From: a virus
Lineage: Duplodnaviria; Caudoviricetes
Reading direction: 5' to 3' (one strand)
DNA length: 33,577 nt
IMG/VR virus record: IMGVR_UViG_3300030330_005348
Coordinates: 1-33,577 of that record
Part shown: piece after piece, positions 16,993-25,635 of the stretch
Layout of the letters: the number at the start of each line of letters is the position of its first letter
How positions within the stretch are numbered: position 1 is the first letter of the stretch
Position numbers and translations under genes: made by a program
Notes under the pieces: model-generated
Seen by the model: the letters and a program-made list of their open reading frames with translations, nothing else
What the model was told of the DNA's origin: nothing
Database searches by the model: none

Positions 16993-18294
16993 TTATCCTA
17001 CATATAAAGAGGGTGGTACATTCTTTAACACATTTTGTGCCGAGTCACTTATATTGCTATCTTTTTCAGCTAGCTTCTCATATGTAAGCTCATCAAGGAC
17101 TGTCTTCAGTTCTTCTCTCAAAGCATTCTGATCCTCTTTTGCTTCGCTTACTAACGATGGACCGTTAAGGGTTACACTCTCGTTTGGTATTGGAATAGTG
17201 GCAAATTTGCTCCTGATTAAACCCAGCATTTCTTTAGATAATGCTAAAGCAAACCTTCTAATCCATTGCTTGCCAATTGAATTAATTTTATCATATGGTA
17301 TATTTTCAAATGGCAGAGTATTCATATTGTTGATACCAGCAGCACCGTCTTCTTTTCCAGCCTCTTCCGACCACGGATCAGACTCCACTGTGAACTCTAT
17401 CCACATTTTCTTTGGACTGTGGTCAACTGGGCTTGGGAATAATCTCAAATTGTTGTTTTTGATCTCATACGAAAAGTGAGAAGCCCTTGTGTATATTGAA
17501 TCCTCAAATGCCATTGCCTGAGCTTTATTTTGCCAAGCAGGAATAAGTTCAAATGTTGAGTCGTCGGAGTATTGTCCGTAGTAAGACAGATTGCCGACTG
17601 TGTTTAATCCCCCATAGTATCCGTAAAATCTCCACATAGCATTTGGAGTTTTATAGTACACTTTCCTAATGGTAATTCTCTTGTCCCCATTTGATCCCAA
17701 CTTCTGGTAGAAAGGGCTTCCAGAGTCGGTTGTGGATGTTGTGCTTACTATATCTTGTAGATCGTAATCTTGTTTGTTCACCAAAGTATCAAATGACGCG
17801 GAATATATGGTGGTGGTCCCACCGAGACCTGCTTTTGTCGATACAACATCACCAACCCTATCTGCATATTGAAAGTCGTATTTTGGATACTTCAAAGCAA
17901 CATCGGAGCCACTTAAAGAGTGTGCCGCATGAAGCTCGCCGTCATTATCAAAGGAGCCTGTGGAAGCGCCCAAGACACTCCCTAAAACATTTTTGGCTTG
18001 GTGGACATTTACAAGATATGAATATTCAAGACACGCTTCTTCATAAGCAGCGTAAACTTGGTATTCAGTAATCTCAACATCAACAACGTCTCCTCCGAGT
18101 TTCTTATATACATAAGCAACTTGATCCACTGCTCCGGTCACAAAGTGTTGCTTTGCTTTTAGTGACGAAGCATGGTCAATATAGACTCCATATGGAAGAG
18201 GGTTGTCCGAAGAATTTACGTTATCCGCATTCCCAGTAACAGGAAGTCTAGAAACACTAGTTGTACTTGATGGTGTTAAAGTTGGGTAAGCCAT
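16993..18294 (-). CDS. neck protein (T4 gp13-like), 433 aa
   Basis: KLGGDVVDVEIT at the N-terminus and QWIRRFALALSKEMLGLIRSKF...VTLNGPSLVSEAKEDQ...L at the C-terminus. Follows the major capsid gene. Confidence 0.75.
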   Translation of the reverse strand: MAYPTLTPSSTTSVSRLPVTGNADNVNSSDNPLPYGVYIDHASSLKAKQHFVTGAVDQVAYVYKKLGGDVVDVEITEYQVYAAYEEACLEYSYLVNVHQAKNVLGSVLGASTGSFDNDGELHAAHSLSGSDVALKYPKYDFQYADRVGDVVSTKAGLGGTTTIYSASFDTLVNKQDYDLQDIVSTTSTTDSGSPFYQKLGSNGDKRITIRKVYYKTPNAMWRFYGYYGGLNTVGNLSYYGQYSDDSTFELIPAWQNKAQAMAFEDSIYTRASHFSYEIKNNNLRLFPSPVDHSPKKMWIEFTVESDPWSEEAGKEDGAAGINNMNTLPFENIPYDKINSIGKQWIRRFALALSKEMLGLIRSKFATIPIPNESVTLNGPSLVSEAKEDQNALREELKTVLDELTYEKLAEKDSNISDSAQNVLKNVPPSLYVG

Positions 18295-18327
18295 TCATTC
18301 TATCTCCTTGGTACAATCGTATCATAG

Positions 18328-18335
18328 TAATTAGT
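18328..18335 (-). promoter_or_regulatory. putative late promoter motif variant ACTAATTA
   Basis: Lies between the capsid terminator and the neck gene, 33 nt upstream of the ATG at 18294. Confidence 0.55.
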
Positions 18336-18361
18336 TGTGGAGTAAACTTAAAGCATAATAG

Positions 18362-18397
18362 AAAGAAAAAAGCCCCGCCAAATTAATGACGAGGCTC
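18362..18397 (-). terminator. intrinsic terminator after the major capsid gene
   Basis: AGCCUCGUCA-UUAAUU-UGGCGGGGCU forms a 10-bp stem (two G-U pairs) followed by UUUUUCUUU. Confidence 0.85.
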
Positions 18398-18422
18398 TTT
18401 GTTTGTCTAAATCCTATCAGAA

Positions 18423-20171
18423 TTATCCGTTAAGATCGCGACAGATAACAAGACCGTACATATCAGGTCTAACCATCTTCTTAGCATAACGGGTCATGAC
18501 ACCCTTACGAGGTACAAAGTCCTCTACACCGAAGATAGTTGGAGTTACCTGAAGTGGGACGTATGGAGCGTAAACATATCCGCTCTCAAGGAACGATCCA
18601 CCTTTACGTCCGACAAGAATAACGTTTCTTGGGAAGTAAGGATCAACGTATACGTCAAACTTCTTGCTCAACGATCCAACATTAACTGCTCCAACAGTTC
18701 CGTTTCCGTAGTCGTTTCCGATGGAAGCGCGGAATCCAGCAGTGAACTCAAGGATGTTCGCAACTTCTGGTGAACAAACAACGAAGTTTGCGCCGCCGCG
18801 AAGTGTCTTTCTGTGGATTTGAGCCGATACATCGTTGATGGTTTCTGCAAGAGTCTCGTACCATTCGGAAACAGTACCAGTAAAGTCAGCACCCATCAAG
18901 GATTCGTTGTCCAAGTTTCCACCAACCTGTACACCGTTGTCACGCTTGAGGAATCTACCCGGACGACGCGACCAGTATTGAGTTCCAGCGGAAGCACCTT
19001 TGATAAGGTCTTCGAGGATCTCGCGGTCAATCTCAAGAGCAATCTGCTCAGAAAGGATACTTGTAAGCTCAACTTCTGCGTCAAGGTTGTGGTAAGCATT
19101 GAGATCTTGTCCCAATTCTGGAGTCCACTTAGCCTTGAGCTTCTTGGTTTGAGCAGTAACCGCAATGGAATCAACTTTGATGTCGATCTCTGGGATTCTT
19201 GGCTCGTTCTCAAGACCCCAAGTAGGATCACCGACAACAGCACCAACAGCGCCGCCTGCGATAAAGTCATCATCAATTGGGTAATTGAGTCTCAACGCTG
19301 CGTTGATTCCCTTAAGGTCATCAAGCAAGTTGTCGTTTTTGTTGTTTGCGGAAGGCTTGAACACCAACTTAACCAAAAGGTTAGTATTTGTTGGGTCGTA
19401 CTTATCACCTGTAGATCCAGAGTGAATCGCAGTAAGTCTTCTCACCAAAGTACCACCACCTGCTCCAGTAGAACCAGTGAGGTTGAAAGCAACAAGATTT
19501 TTCAAGTCAGCCTGAACCAAGTCAGCCGAACCAGAGAAAGCAGTAACAACAACAGCAGATCCAGAAAGATCTGGGTCAAAGTTAATTGCCTTATCAAGAT
19601 CAAAGTCGCCAGCAGAAGCAGTTCCGTGAATAATGAAAGCGTCAGAAGCAGCAGCTAACAAACACTCTCCAGAGGAACCAGTTGGGCTAGCATATCCGTT
19701 GTTCAAGGCATAAGGTCCTTGCTCTGGATTGCTAAGGTCAACACCGCCTGTCAACTGTTGACCAACAACCTGACCACCGTAAAGTGATTCTTCAGTGCTT
19801 CCATATCCGAGACGTGGAAGTCCTGCTCCATCTGTGGAGGTTGTGAAGTCCAAGAAGAAAATGAGTCCGGATGGGAGGCTCATTGGTTGAACGCTTACAA
19901 GATCATTAGCGATCAAATTACCGAATACACGGCGAACGATTGGGAATGCAACTGCTGCAAAACCCTCAACATCTGCTCCAGCCATGGAGGATGCCTCACG
20001 GAGAAGTTCTTTTGCTTGGTTTTCAAGCAAACGAGCCATTCCGTCTTTTGATTGGTCACTGTCAAGTCCCTCAAGAAGTCCGGTCTTTTCCCACTTGTTG
20101 AGTAGGGCTGCACCTTCTTTCTGGAGGTCGCGATTAACAATGCCTTCTGTTAATTTATCTAAAACTGACAT
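18423..20171 (-). CDS. major capsid protein (T4 gp23-like), 582 aa
   Basis: LLENQ, FPIVRRVF, VSVQPMSLPSGLIF, KKLKAKWTPELGQDLNAYHNLDAEVELTSILSEQIALEIDREI, YAPYVPL and GVMTRYA; SD AAGGAG. Confidence 0.96.
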   Translation of the reverse strand: MSVLDKLTEGIVNRDLQKEGAALLNKWEKTGLLEGLDSDQSKDGMARLLENQAKELLREASSMAGADVEGFAAVAFPIVRRVFGNLIANDLVSVQPMSLPSGLIFFLDFTTSTDGAGLPRLGYGSTEESLYGGQVVGQQLTGGVDLSNPEQGPYALNNGYASPTGSSGECLLAAASDAFIIHGTASAGDFDLDKAINFDPDLSGSAVVVTAFSGSADLVQADLKNLVAFNLTGSTGAGGGTLVRRLTAIHSGSTGDKYDPTNTNLLVKLVFKPSANNKNDNLLDDLKGINAALRLNYPIDDDFIAGGAVGAVVGDPTWGLENEPRIPEIDIKVDSIAVTAQTKKLKAKWTPELGQDLNAYHNLDAEVELTSILSEQIALEIDREILEDLIKGASAGTQYWSRRPGRFLKRDNGVQVGGNLDNESLMGADFTGTVSEWYETLAETINDVSAQIHRKTLRGGANFVVCSPEVANILEFTAGFRASIGNDYGNGTVGAVNVGSLSKKFDVYVDPYFPRNVILVGRKGGSFLESGYVYAPYVPLQVTPTIFGVEDFVPRKGVMTRYAKKMVRPDMYGLVICRDLNG

Positions 20172-20192
20172 AGTTTTATTTCTCCTTTAAAG

Positions 20193-21224
20193 TTAGTTTA
20201 ATCCGGCTAACCTACGCATTCTATTGATACGTGGATCAACAGGTTGTTTAGCCTCTTTAGTTTGTGGTAATAAAGTAGATTTCCTACTAACCGCCTCGCT
20301 AAGTGTTTTCGGGGACTCTTTTTGAGCACCACTCACCGTGCTTTGAAGGGTTTCAAAGATTACCTTTGCTTCTTCAACAGTTTTGGCATTTGAAATAGCT
20401 TCGACAAGTTTTGTTTTTTGTCGCCCATTCAAAGAGTCGCTAGTTAATGCTTCGTTTGTGTAAAGTAGCTTTGCGTTCTGAACTGAGGTTTCGTTCAGAG
20501 CATTTTTTAACTTGAGAACAACGTCCTCAATGTGTTTGGTGTTAGACTGGAGTGACTGGAGTTTCTCTTGTAGTTCTTTCTTTTCTGCTTCAAGAGTCTC
20601 GACAGATTCTCTAAGTTTTCCAATTTCCTTTGGAATTTCATCAGAGGCTTCTTCCTCTTCGTCTATGTGAGCCTTGAGGGCTTTTGCCTCTTCATATGCT
20701 TCTTGTTTTTGGCTATCTGGCATTCCAAGATTGCCCGACTTAACTGGCTCAAAATCAAGTGTTAGCTTTTCTGCAAGTTTCGCAACTGCCTCTTCATCTA
20801 AATTAATTTCTTCGTCTTCAAATAAATTATTTAAATCAATTTCGTCACTTTCCTGAAGATCTTCTTGCCCTTCTTCGTTTTCGATTTCTTCTTCTGCGAA
20901 GTCATGTCGGTCGGTCATTTCTTCTGCCTGCTCTTCTTCTCCTAGCTCTTGGTCAATCATTTGCTCAAGTTCAGCGAAGTCAAGCTCGACAACTTCCTCA
21001 CTGGATGTTGCCTCTGGGGATGTGACATCCGAAGCTGCCATGGGTATGCTTCCTACGACACCAGTTTCATCTTCGGAAATAATTTCTTCCGTGTTTAACA
21101 TGGTATCAACTGCCTCTCTAATTTCTTGAGAATATTTCTCAATAATAGTTGATTCCGCGCTTTTAATAGCAGCTTCCTTTAGTGCTTTAGCATCGACGAT
21201 TGCTTGATCTAACATTGATGACAT
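20193..21224 (-). CDS. prohead core / scaffolding protein (gp22-like), 343 aa (start reassigned to ATG 21224)
   Basis: Highly acidic with a coiled coil, NAKLLYTN, and a C-terminal RMRRLAGL. Immediately upstream of the capsid gene; SD AGGAG precedes 21224. Confidence 0.75.
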   Translation of the reverse strand: MSSMLDQAIVDAKALKEAAIKSAESTIIEKYSQEIREAVDTMLNTEEIISEDETGVVGSIPMAASDVTSPEATSSEEVVELDFAELEQMIDQELGEEEQAEEMTDRHDFAEEEIENEEGQEDLQESDEIDLNNLFEDEEINLDEEAVAKLAEKLTLDFEPVKSGNLGMPDSQKQEAYEEAKALKAHIDEEEEASDEIPKEIGKLRESVETLEAEKKELQEKLQSLQSNTKHIEDVVLKLKNALNETSVQNAKLLYTNEALTSDSLNGRQKTKLVEAISNAKTVEEAKVIFETLQSTVSGAQKESPKTLSEAVSRKSTLLPQTKEAKQPVDPRINRMRRLAGLN

Positions 21225-21272
21225 TATATAATCTCCTAATATTTGGTCGCAAATAGACGTTTTGCGTCGTAG

Positions 21273-21280
21273 TAAATAGT
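21273..21280 (-). promoter_or_regulatory. putative late promoter motif ACTATTTA
   Basis: 48 nt upstream of the scaffold ATG, followed by a CGCAAA/TTTGCG hairpin (21266-21248). Confidence 0.6.
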
Positions 21281-21319
21281 TGTAAAAAAAGCAAAAATAC
21301 AAAAAAATAACAACTTAGT

Positions 21320-21574
21320 TCATGAAATCACTAAGTTATCGTTTTCATCCCAATAAAGATCGTTATTGTCCAAAAGAAAACCATCTATGGACATTAGGTA
21401 AAATTCCATTTCATTTGGTTTCATTTTCTTTGTCTGTATTTGATAATAACACCACTGAATGATGGTGTTAATGAGAAAAGCTTTGGGGGCGAAAACAACA
21501 TTATCCTCCACTCGATAACTAGGATCGTTTTGTTTAAGGTAGCGAATAATGTCAGTTCGGTCTTTGATTTTCAT
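21320..21574 (-). CDS. hypothetical protein, 84 aa (start reassigned to MKIKDR)
   Basis: ORF fills the gap. The longer start in the ORF track runs through a terminator hairpin. Confidence 0.6.
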   Translation of the reverse strand: MKIKDRTDIIRYLKQNDPSYRVEDNVVFAPKAFLINTIIQWCYYQIQTKKMKPNEMEFYLMSIDGFLLDNNDLYWDENDNLVIS

Positions 21575-21577
21575 AAT

Positions 21578-21616
21578 AAAAAGGGTGAGGGCAGAGACCC
21601 GTAGATCCCTGCCCTC
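21578..21616 (-). terminator. terminator-like hairpin with cUACGg tetraloop
   Basis: GAGGGCAGGGAUC-UACG-GGUCUCUGCCCUC forms a 13-bp stem, followed by ACCC-UUUUU. It lies just after the stop of the 880-aa fibre gene. Confidence 0.8.
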
Positions 21617-21631
21617 GGTTATCAAAAAGTA

Positions 21632-24274
21632 TTACTTCTTGAGGAGAGCTTTCAATTCTTCGATCTGAACTTGTTGAGCCTTTACAGCCTCGACGAGAAC
21701 AGAAGTGAGTCTTGAATAGTCAACTCCTTGAACTCCGTTTCCTGCCACATGAACTGCCTGTGGAAGTACACTTTGAACATCTTGAGCAATGAAACCGAAG
21801 TCTCTTTCACCGGAATCTTTCCAAGTGAACTCAACACCTTCAAGGGACATGACAGTATCGAGAGCAGTGTTGCCCATGGAAGCAACGTCACTCTTAAGGC
21901 TTTCGTCCGAGTAAGTAACGAAGGCAGCAGCGCGGACTTTGTTAATATTGTCCGAACCGTTAGCAACATCAAGAGCAAACTCAGAAGTAGCATCACCACC
22001 AAGGTTCAACATTGTTGCTCCAGAGCTGTTAACGAATTGAAGAACGTGGTTTCCTGCGTCGTAGCGCATAACTTCGTTTGCTGCGCCACCGTGAGCTGTG
22101 AAGTTTACACCAGCGCCGTCAGCACCAATAGTGAGTGCTCCGTCAGCGTTGATTGCACCAGCAGCAGTCACACTAACTCCAGAGTCGCCATATCCACCAC
22201 CAATGGTCATGGCACTAGTAACAGTCAAGCTGGCAGCAACTGAGACGTTTTGGTCAGCATCCATAGTGATGGTTGATTCGCCTTCAGAGTTAGCAATTGC
22301 ATTTCCGCCAATCTTAATTGGTCCACCGAAAGCTACAGTGTCGTCTGACTGAGTACCGAACTGGACGTTTCCGCCAAGGTCAGAATTGAGAGCAGCGCCG
22401 ATCATAGCACCAGTGACAGTTCCACCAAGGGAAACTGCGGATCCACCAACAGTGACCGAGCTATTTGCCAGTTTGGCATTAGCAATAGAGCCCGCAAGCA
22501 TCGCATTGGTAACACCAGAGGCTTTTACACGGAGAGCGTCAGAGTCAAGTTCGATTGAGCTATCATCGACACCAACAGCAAGAACACCAGAAGAGGCAGC
22601 AAGTCCGTTACCGGCAACGGCGGTCATGAGGTCAGCGACAGATTCAATCTTTGCATCTCCAGTTGCGCCACCGTCAAGGAACATGAAGTGGTCATCAGCC
22701 ACAGCGACAGCAGCGGCAGTAAGAAGACCCGGACCATCTTTCATAAGATTGTCAACACCGATCTTCTTAAGAGTTCCGCCATCGGAGATCATCATTTCAT
22801 CAGCAGCGGCAAGACCGTCAGAAGCCAATTCAGTTTGGCCAGAAATAACGTTATCGTTGAGCATCCCACTTTCGACAGCATCGTTTGCGATAGTCAAGGC
22901 ACCACCAGCAGCGATAGCCGCATCTCCGGAAACGTCAGCGAAAACTGCGTCTTGGAGGTTGGAGAAAGTGATTTTCTTTTCAGTTCCGTTGTCAGAGACT
23001 AGGAAGTGATCTTGTGTCTGGTGAAGACTAGCGTCACCTTTAGCGGTAAGCTCATCAATGTCAATAGCGAGTGTTGCGATGCTAGCGTGTGCGCCTGTGA
23101 AAGTAAGACCAGTGCCAGCAACAGATCCAGATAGGGCAACCTTATCACTAGTGATGTGAACAGCACCAGAGACCTGAACAGCGAGAGCGGATCCACCACC
23201 ACCTGTGAGACCGTTTCCGGCAACAGAGGAGGCAAGGGCATCAGCATCAATACCGCCGTCCTTTACTCTAAGGGCATCAGAATTAAGTTCGATAGTAGCA
23301 TCATCAACTCCAACAGCGAGAACGCCAGAAGAGGCAGCGAGACCATCACCCGCAACAGCAGTCATAAGATCTGCAACTGACTCGATCTTGGCATCGCCAG
23401 TTGCTCCGCCATCGAGGAACATGAAGTGATCGCTACCAACAGCAATAGCCTCTGCTCCGAGAAGTCCCGGTCCATCCTTGAAAAGGTTATCAACTCCAAT
23501 CTTCTTAAGAGTTCCGCCATCGCTGATCATCATTTCATCAGCAGCAGCAAGTCCATCAGAAGCCAATTCTGTTTGACCAGAAATAACATTGTCGTTGAGC
23601 ATTCCGCTTTCAACAGCATCAGCTTGGATGGTGACAGCACCACCTGCTGCGACTGCGACATCGCCGGAGACATTTCCGAAGATAGCGTCTTCGAGGTCAG
23701 AGAACGTGATAGACTTGATGTTGTTAGAATCATCAACATCTCCAGCATAAAGCAAGTCACCTTGAGCAAGGTCACTTAAAGAAGAAGCCAAAGATCCACC
23801 ATCAAGCTTGTCCATGTCGATTGCAGCATCGGAAGCAATAGAGGCATTGACAACAGCGTTAGCAGCTAATTGATCAGCTCCAACAGCGTCATCAGCAATC
23901 ATTGCTTGCTCAACAGCGTCATTAGCAATTGTCAAAGCACCGCCAGCAGCGATTGCGGCATCGCCGGAGACATTTCCGAAGATAGCGTCTTCAAGATCGG
24001 AGAAGGTAATTTTCTTCTCAGTTCCATTGTCAGAGAACAAGAAGTGGTCTTGTGTCTGGTGAAGGCTTGAGCCAGCAGTAAACGCATCAATGTCTACAGC
24101 TTTAGCGAGGTCGGTAACAGTACCACCCTCGTTTTGAAGGTAAAGTCTAGCAGATCCAACAGCACCAGAGGCGAAGAGATAAATCCCTCCGTTTGGGGCA
24201 GCAGCATCGGCAGATCCAGAATTATTCTGGAGAGAAACAAATTTTCCGTATTGAGATACAGTAAATGCAGCCAT
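21632..24274 (-). CDS. trimeric fibre protein with internal repeats and a C-terminal S74-type intramolecular chaperone, 880 aa
   Basis: Ala/Gly/Asp-rich repeats. C-terminal TYSDESLK...FTWKD...FGFIAQDV...VDYSRL...LVEAVK plus a coiled coil; SD GGGAGG. Confidence 0.85.
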   Translation of the reverse strand: MAAFTVSQYGKFVSLQNNSGSADAAAPNGGIYLFASGAVGSARLYLQNEGGTVTDLAKAVDIDAFTAGSSLHQTQDHFLFSDNGTEKKITFSDLEDAIFGNVSGDAAIAAGGALTIANDAVEQAMIADDAVGADQLAANAVVNASIASDAAIDMDKLDGGSLASSLSDLAQGDLLYAGDVDDSNNIKSITFSDLEDAIFGNVSGDVAVAAGGAVTIQADAVESGMLNDNVISGQTELASDGLAAADEMMISDGGTLKKIGVDNLFKDGPGLLGAEAIAVGSDHFMFLDGGATGDAKIESVADLMTAVAGDGLAASSGVLAVGVDDATIELNSDALRVKDGGIDADALASSVAGNGLTGGGGSALAVQVSGAVHITSDKVALSGSVAGTGLTFTGAHASIATLAIDIDELTAKGDASLHQTQDHFLVSDNGTEKKITFSNLQDAVFADVSGDAAIAAGGALTIANDAVESGMLNDNVISGQTELASDGLAAADEMMISDGGTLKKIGVDNLMKDGPGLLTAAAVAVADDHFMFLDGGATGDAKIESVADLMTAVAGNGLAASSGVLAVGVDDSSIELDSDALRVKASGVTNAMLAGSIANAKLANSSVTVGGSAVSLGGTVTGAMIGAALNSDLGGNVQFGTQSDDTVAFGGPIKIGGNAIANSEGESTITMDADQNVSVAASLTVTSAMTIGGGYGDSGVSVTAAGAINADGALTIGADGAGVNFTAHGGAANEVMRYDAGNHVLQFVNSSGATMLNLGGDATSEFALDVANGSDNINKVRAAAFVTYSDESLKSDVASMGNTALDTVMSLEGVEFTWKDSGERDFGFIAQDVQSVLPQAVHVAGNGVQGVDYSRLTSVLVEAVKAQQVQIEELKALLKK
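22523..24067 (-). repeat. internal duplications in the fibre gene: block A 24067-23909 / 23029-22871; block B 23620-23261 / 22882-22523
   Basis: Residues 70-122 match 416-468, and 219-338 match 465-584 almost exactly. A third partial copy (ITFSDLEDAIFGNVSGD) starts at residue 189. Confidence 0.9.
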
Positions 24275-24368
24275 ATGTAAATCCTCCCATAGATTTATTA
24301 TTAAATTTTAGATTAAGTTAAAGAAAAAGCGCCAGAAGGCGCTCAAAGCACAAGATTGTGCTCACATA

Positions 24369-24376
24369 TAAATAGT
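24369..24376 (-). promoter_or_regulatory. putative late promoter motif ACTATTTA with a structured leader
   Basis: 94 nt upstream of the fibre ATG, followed by two hairpins (24362-24347 and 24343-24328). Confidence 0.6.
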
Positions 24377-24458
24377 TTTGAAAGTGAGATTTATGACTTG
24401 ATAAAATTACTTATTCAAGTATTTTGTCATAATCACAGGAAAGGATTGATAAAAAATA

Positions 24459-24962
24459 TTAATGTTGACCATCACTATATCTAGAAACACTAATTCCAGA
24501 TCCAGTTAAAGCGTACATATCTTCGGCAGGAATATGAGTAAGTTCAGCATACACAGCAAATGATCCTGCGTTAACGCCACCGGCAGCGGGTCCCGAAACT
24601 AATCCACCAATAGGTGCTGCTGTAATGTACAGCTCTTTACACTTAATGTGTGCGTCAAAAGAGCCTGTTGTGGGATTGTTGCTGGTAATTGCTGCTGGTA
24701 TAACATAGTAATGTATACCGTTAATCGCCGCTGGGGCGGTCGCTTTTGGAACAAAATAAACTGCTAACTCACTAGCTGTGCAATTATTAATAACCTTAAC
24801 GTACTTAGTTACATTTGGAAACTCAACTTTGTATTCGTTTCTTGAAGCAAAAGCAGCAGACCCTTCTGCTTCAACAATTGAACCTGTTAAGTAAGGCTTT
24901 CCCGAAACTTGATATGCTGCTGAGTTTCCTAGCCCGCTTGCTCTTGGATTGTATAACGACAT
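24459..24962 (-). CDS. putative small virion (decoration-type) protein, 167 aa
   Basis: Beta-rich-looking, small-residue-rich protein with three TGS motifs; SD AGGAG; located in the head module. Confidence 0.6.
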   Translation of the reverse strand: MSLYNPRASGLGNSAAYQVSGKPYLTGSIVEAEGSAAFASRNEYKVEFPNVTKYVKVINNCTASELAVYFVPKATAPAAINGIHYYVIPAAITSNNPTTGSFDAHIKCKELYITAAPIGGLVSGPAAGGVNAGSFAVYAELTHIPAEDMYALTGSGISVSRYSDGQH

Positions 24963-24973
24963 TTTATTTTCTC

Positions 24974-25210
24974 CTAGTCTCTATATTTAGCATTGTATTC
25001 TCTTTGGAGCCTTTTTAAAACTCTGTTGCGCTCTTTTTTCTTTCTGCGGCGCTTGTCTGTTGGCTTCTCAAAGAACATGTGTTTTTCTCGCCACTCATCA
25101 AGGACACCTTCCTTTTTGACTTTTTTAATAAACCTCTTGATCATTCTCTCTGGAGATTCATTTTTTCTTGGTGTAACTTCTACGTTAACCGGCTTGGCTC
25201 TCTTTCTCAT
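24974..25210 (-). CDS. rpsU: phage-encoded 30S ribosomal protein bS21 homologue, 78 aa
   Basis: V.V...NES.E...KRF.KKV.K.G.L.E......FEKP..KRRRKK matches the bS21 family pattern; very basic. Confidence 0.85.
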   Translation of the reverse strand: MRKRAKPVNVEVTPRKNESPERMIKRFIKKVKKEGVLDEWREKHMFFEKPTDKRRRKKKERNRVLKRLQREYNAKYRD

Positions 25211-25217
25211 TGGTTTC

Positions 25218-25634
25218 CTACTTTAGCAACTGTTTCCATATTTTTGCCCCATCCAAAAAGCCAGAAATATCAACACCCTCATCATCAGGGGCAACCCCCT
25301 CAAGGGCAGATGAAGGTCCAGATGGCGCGGATGGGTTGCCTGCTTTACTAATTGGGGTTGTTCCTTCGAAAAGATCTACACCGCCAAAAGAATCTTTGCC
25401 AATCGCATCAAGCATTTTCTTTCTTGTCTCGGCTAGTTTTTGTTTCTGCTTCTCTACTGCCTGTACACTGGCTTGGTGTGCGGAGCTTTGTTGGGGGGTG
25501 TTCAGCTTTTGTTCTGCTTGGATTACGCCCACTGCTTTTACGACTTCAGAAATAACGCCCTTAAGGACACCTTCCTCAACGAGAACCTCCTTGACACCTT
25601 CTTTAATCATTTCTTTAAATTCGCTCTTTTTCAT
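25218..25634 (-). CDS. hypothetical protein, 138 aa
   Basis: Tightly packed minus-strand ORF. The N-terminal MKKSEFKEMIKEGVKEVLVEE helix suggests a prohead-associated protein (inference). Confidence 0.7.
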   Translation of the reverse strand: MKKSEFKEMIKEGVKEVLVEEGVLKGVISEVVKAVGVIQAEQKLNTPQQSSAHQASVQAVEKQKQKLAETRKKMLDAIGKDSFGGVDLFEGTTPISKAGNPSAPSGPSSALEGVAPDDEGVDISGFLDGAKIWKQLLK

Positions 25635-25635
25635 T

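Noticed and set aside
18813-19658. 281-aa plus-strand ORF (also 7823-8497, 21728-22243, 22386-23009 and other plus-strand ORFs)
   Set aside because: Antisense shadows of well-supported minus-strand genes with biased codon usage. They have no recognisable motifs or convincing starts.
21225-21302. N-terminal extension of the scaffold ORF (MYFCFF...)
   Set aside because: It runs through the promoter motif and hairpin. The SD supports ATG 21224.
22523-24067. Repeats as a CRISPR array or a diversity-generating retroelement TR/VR pair
   Set aside because: They are in-frame coding duplications with mainly synonymous, non-adenine-specific differences. There is no spacer structure and no reverse transcriptase in the window.
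24275-24458. tRNA gene in the largest intergenic gap
   Set aside because: No cloverleaf or T-loop GTTCRA consensus is seen on either strand.
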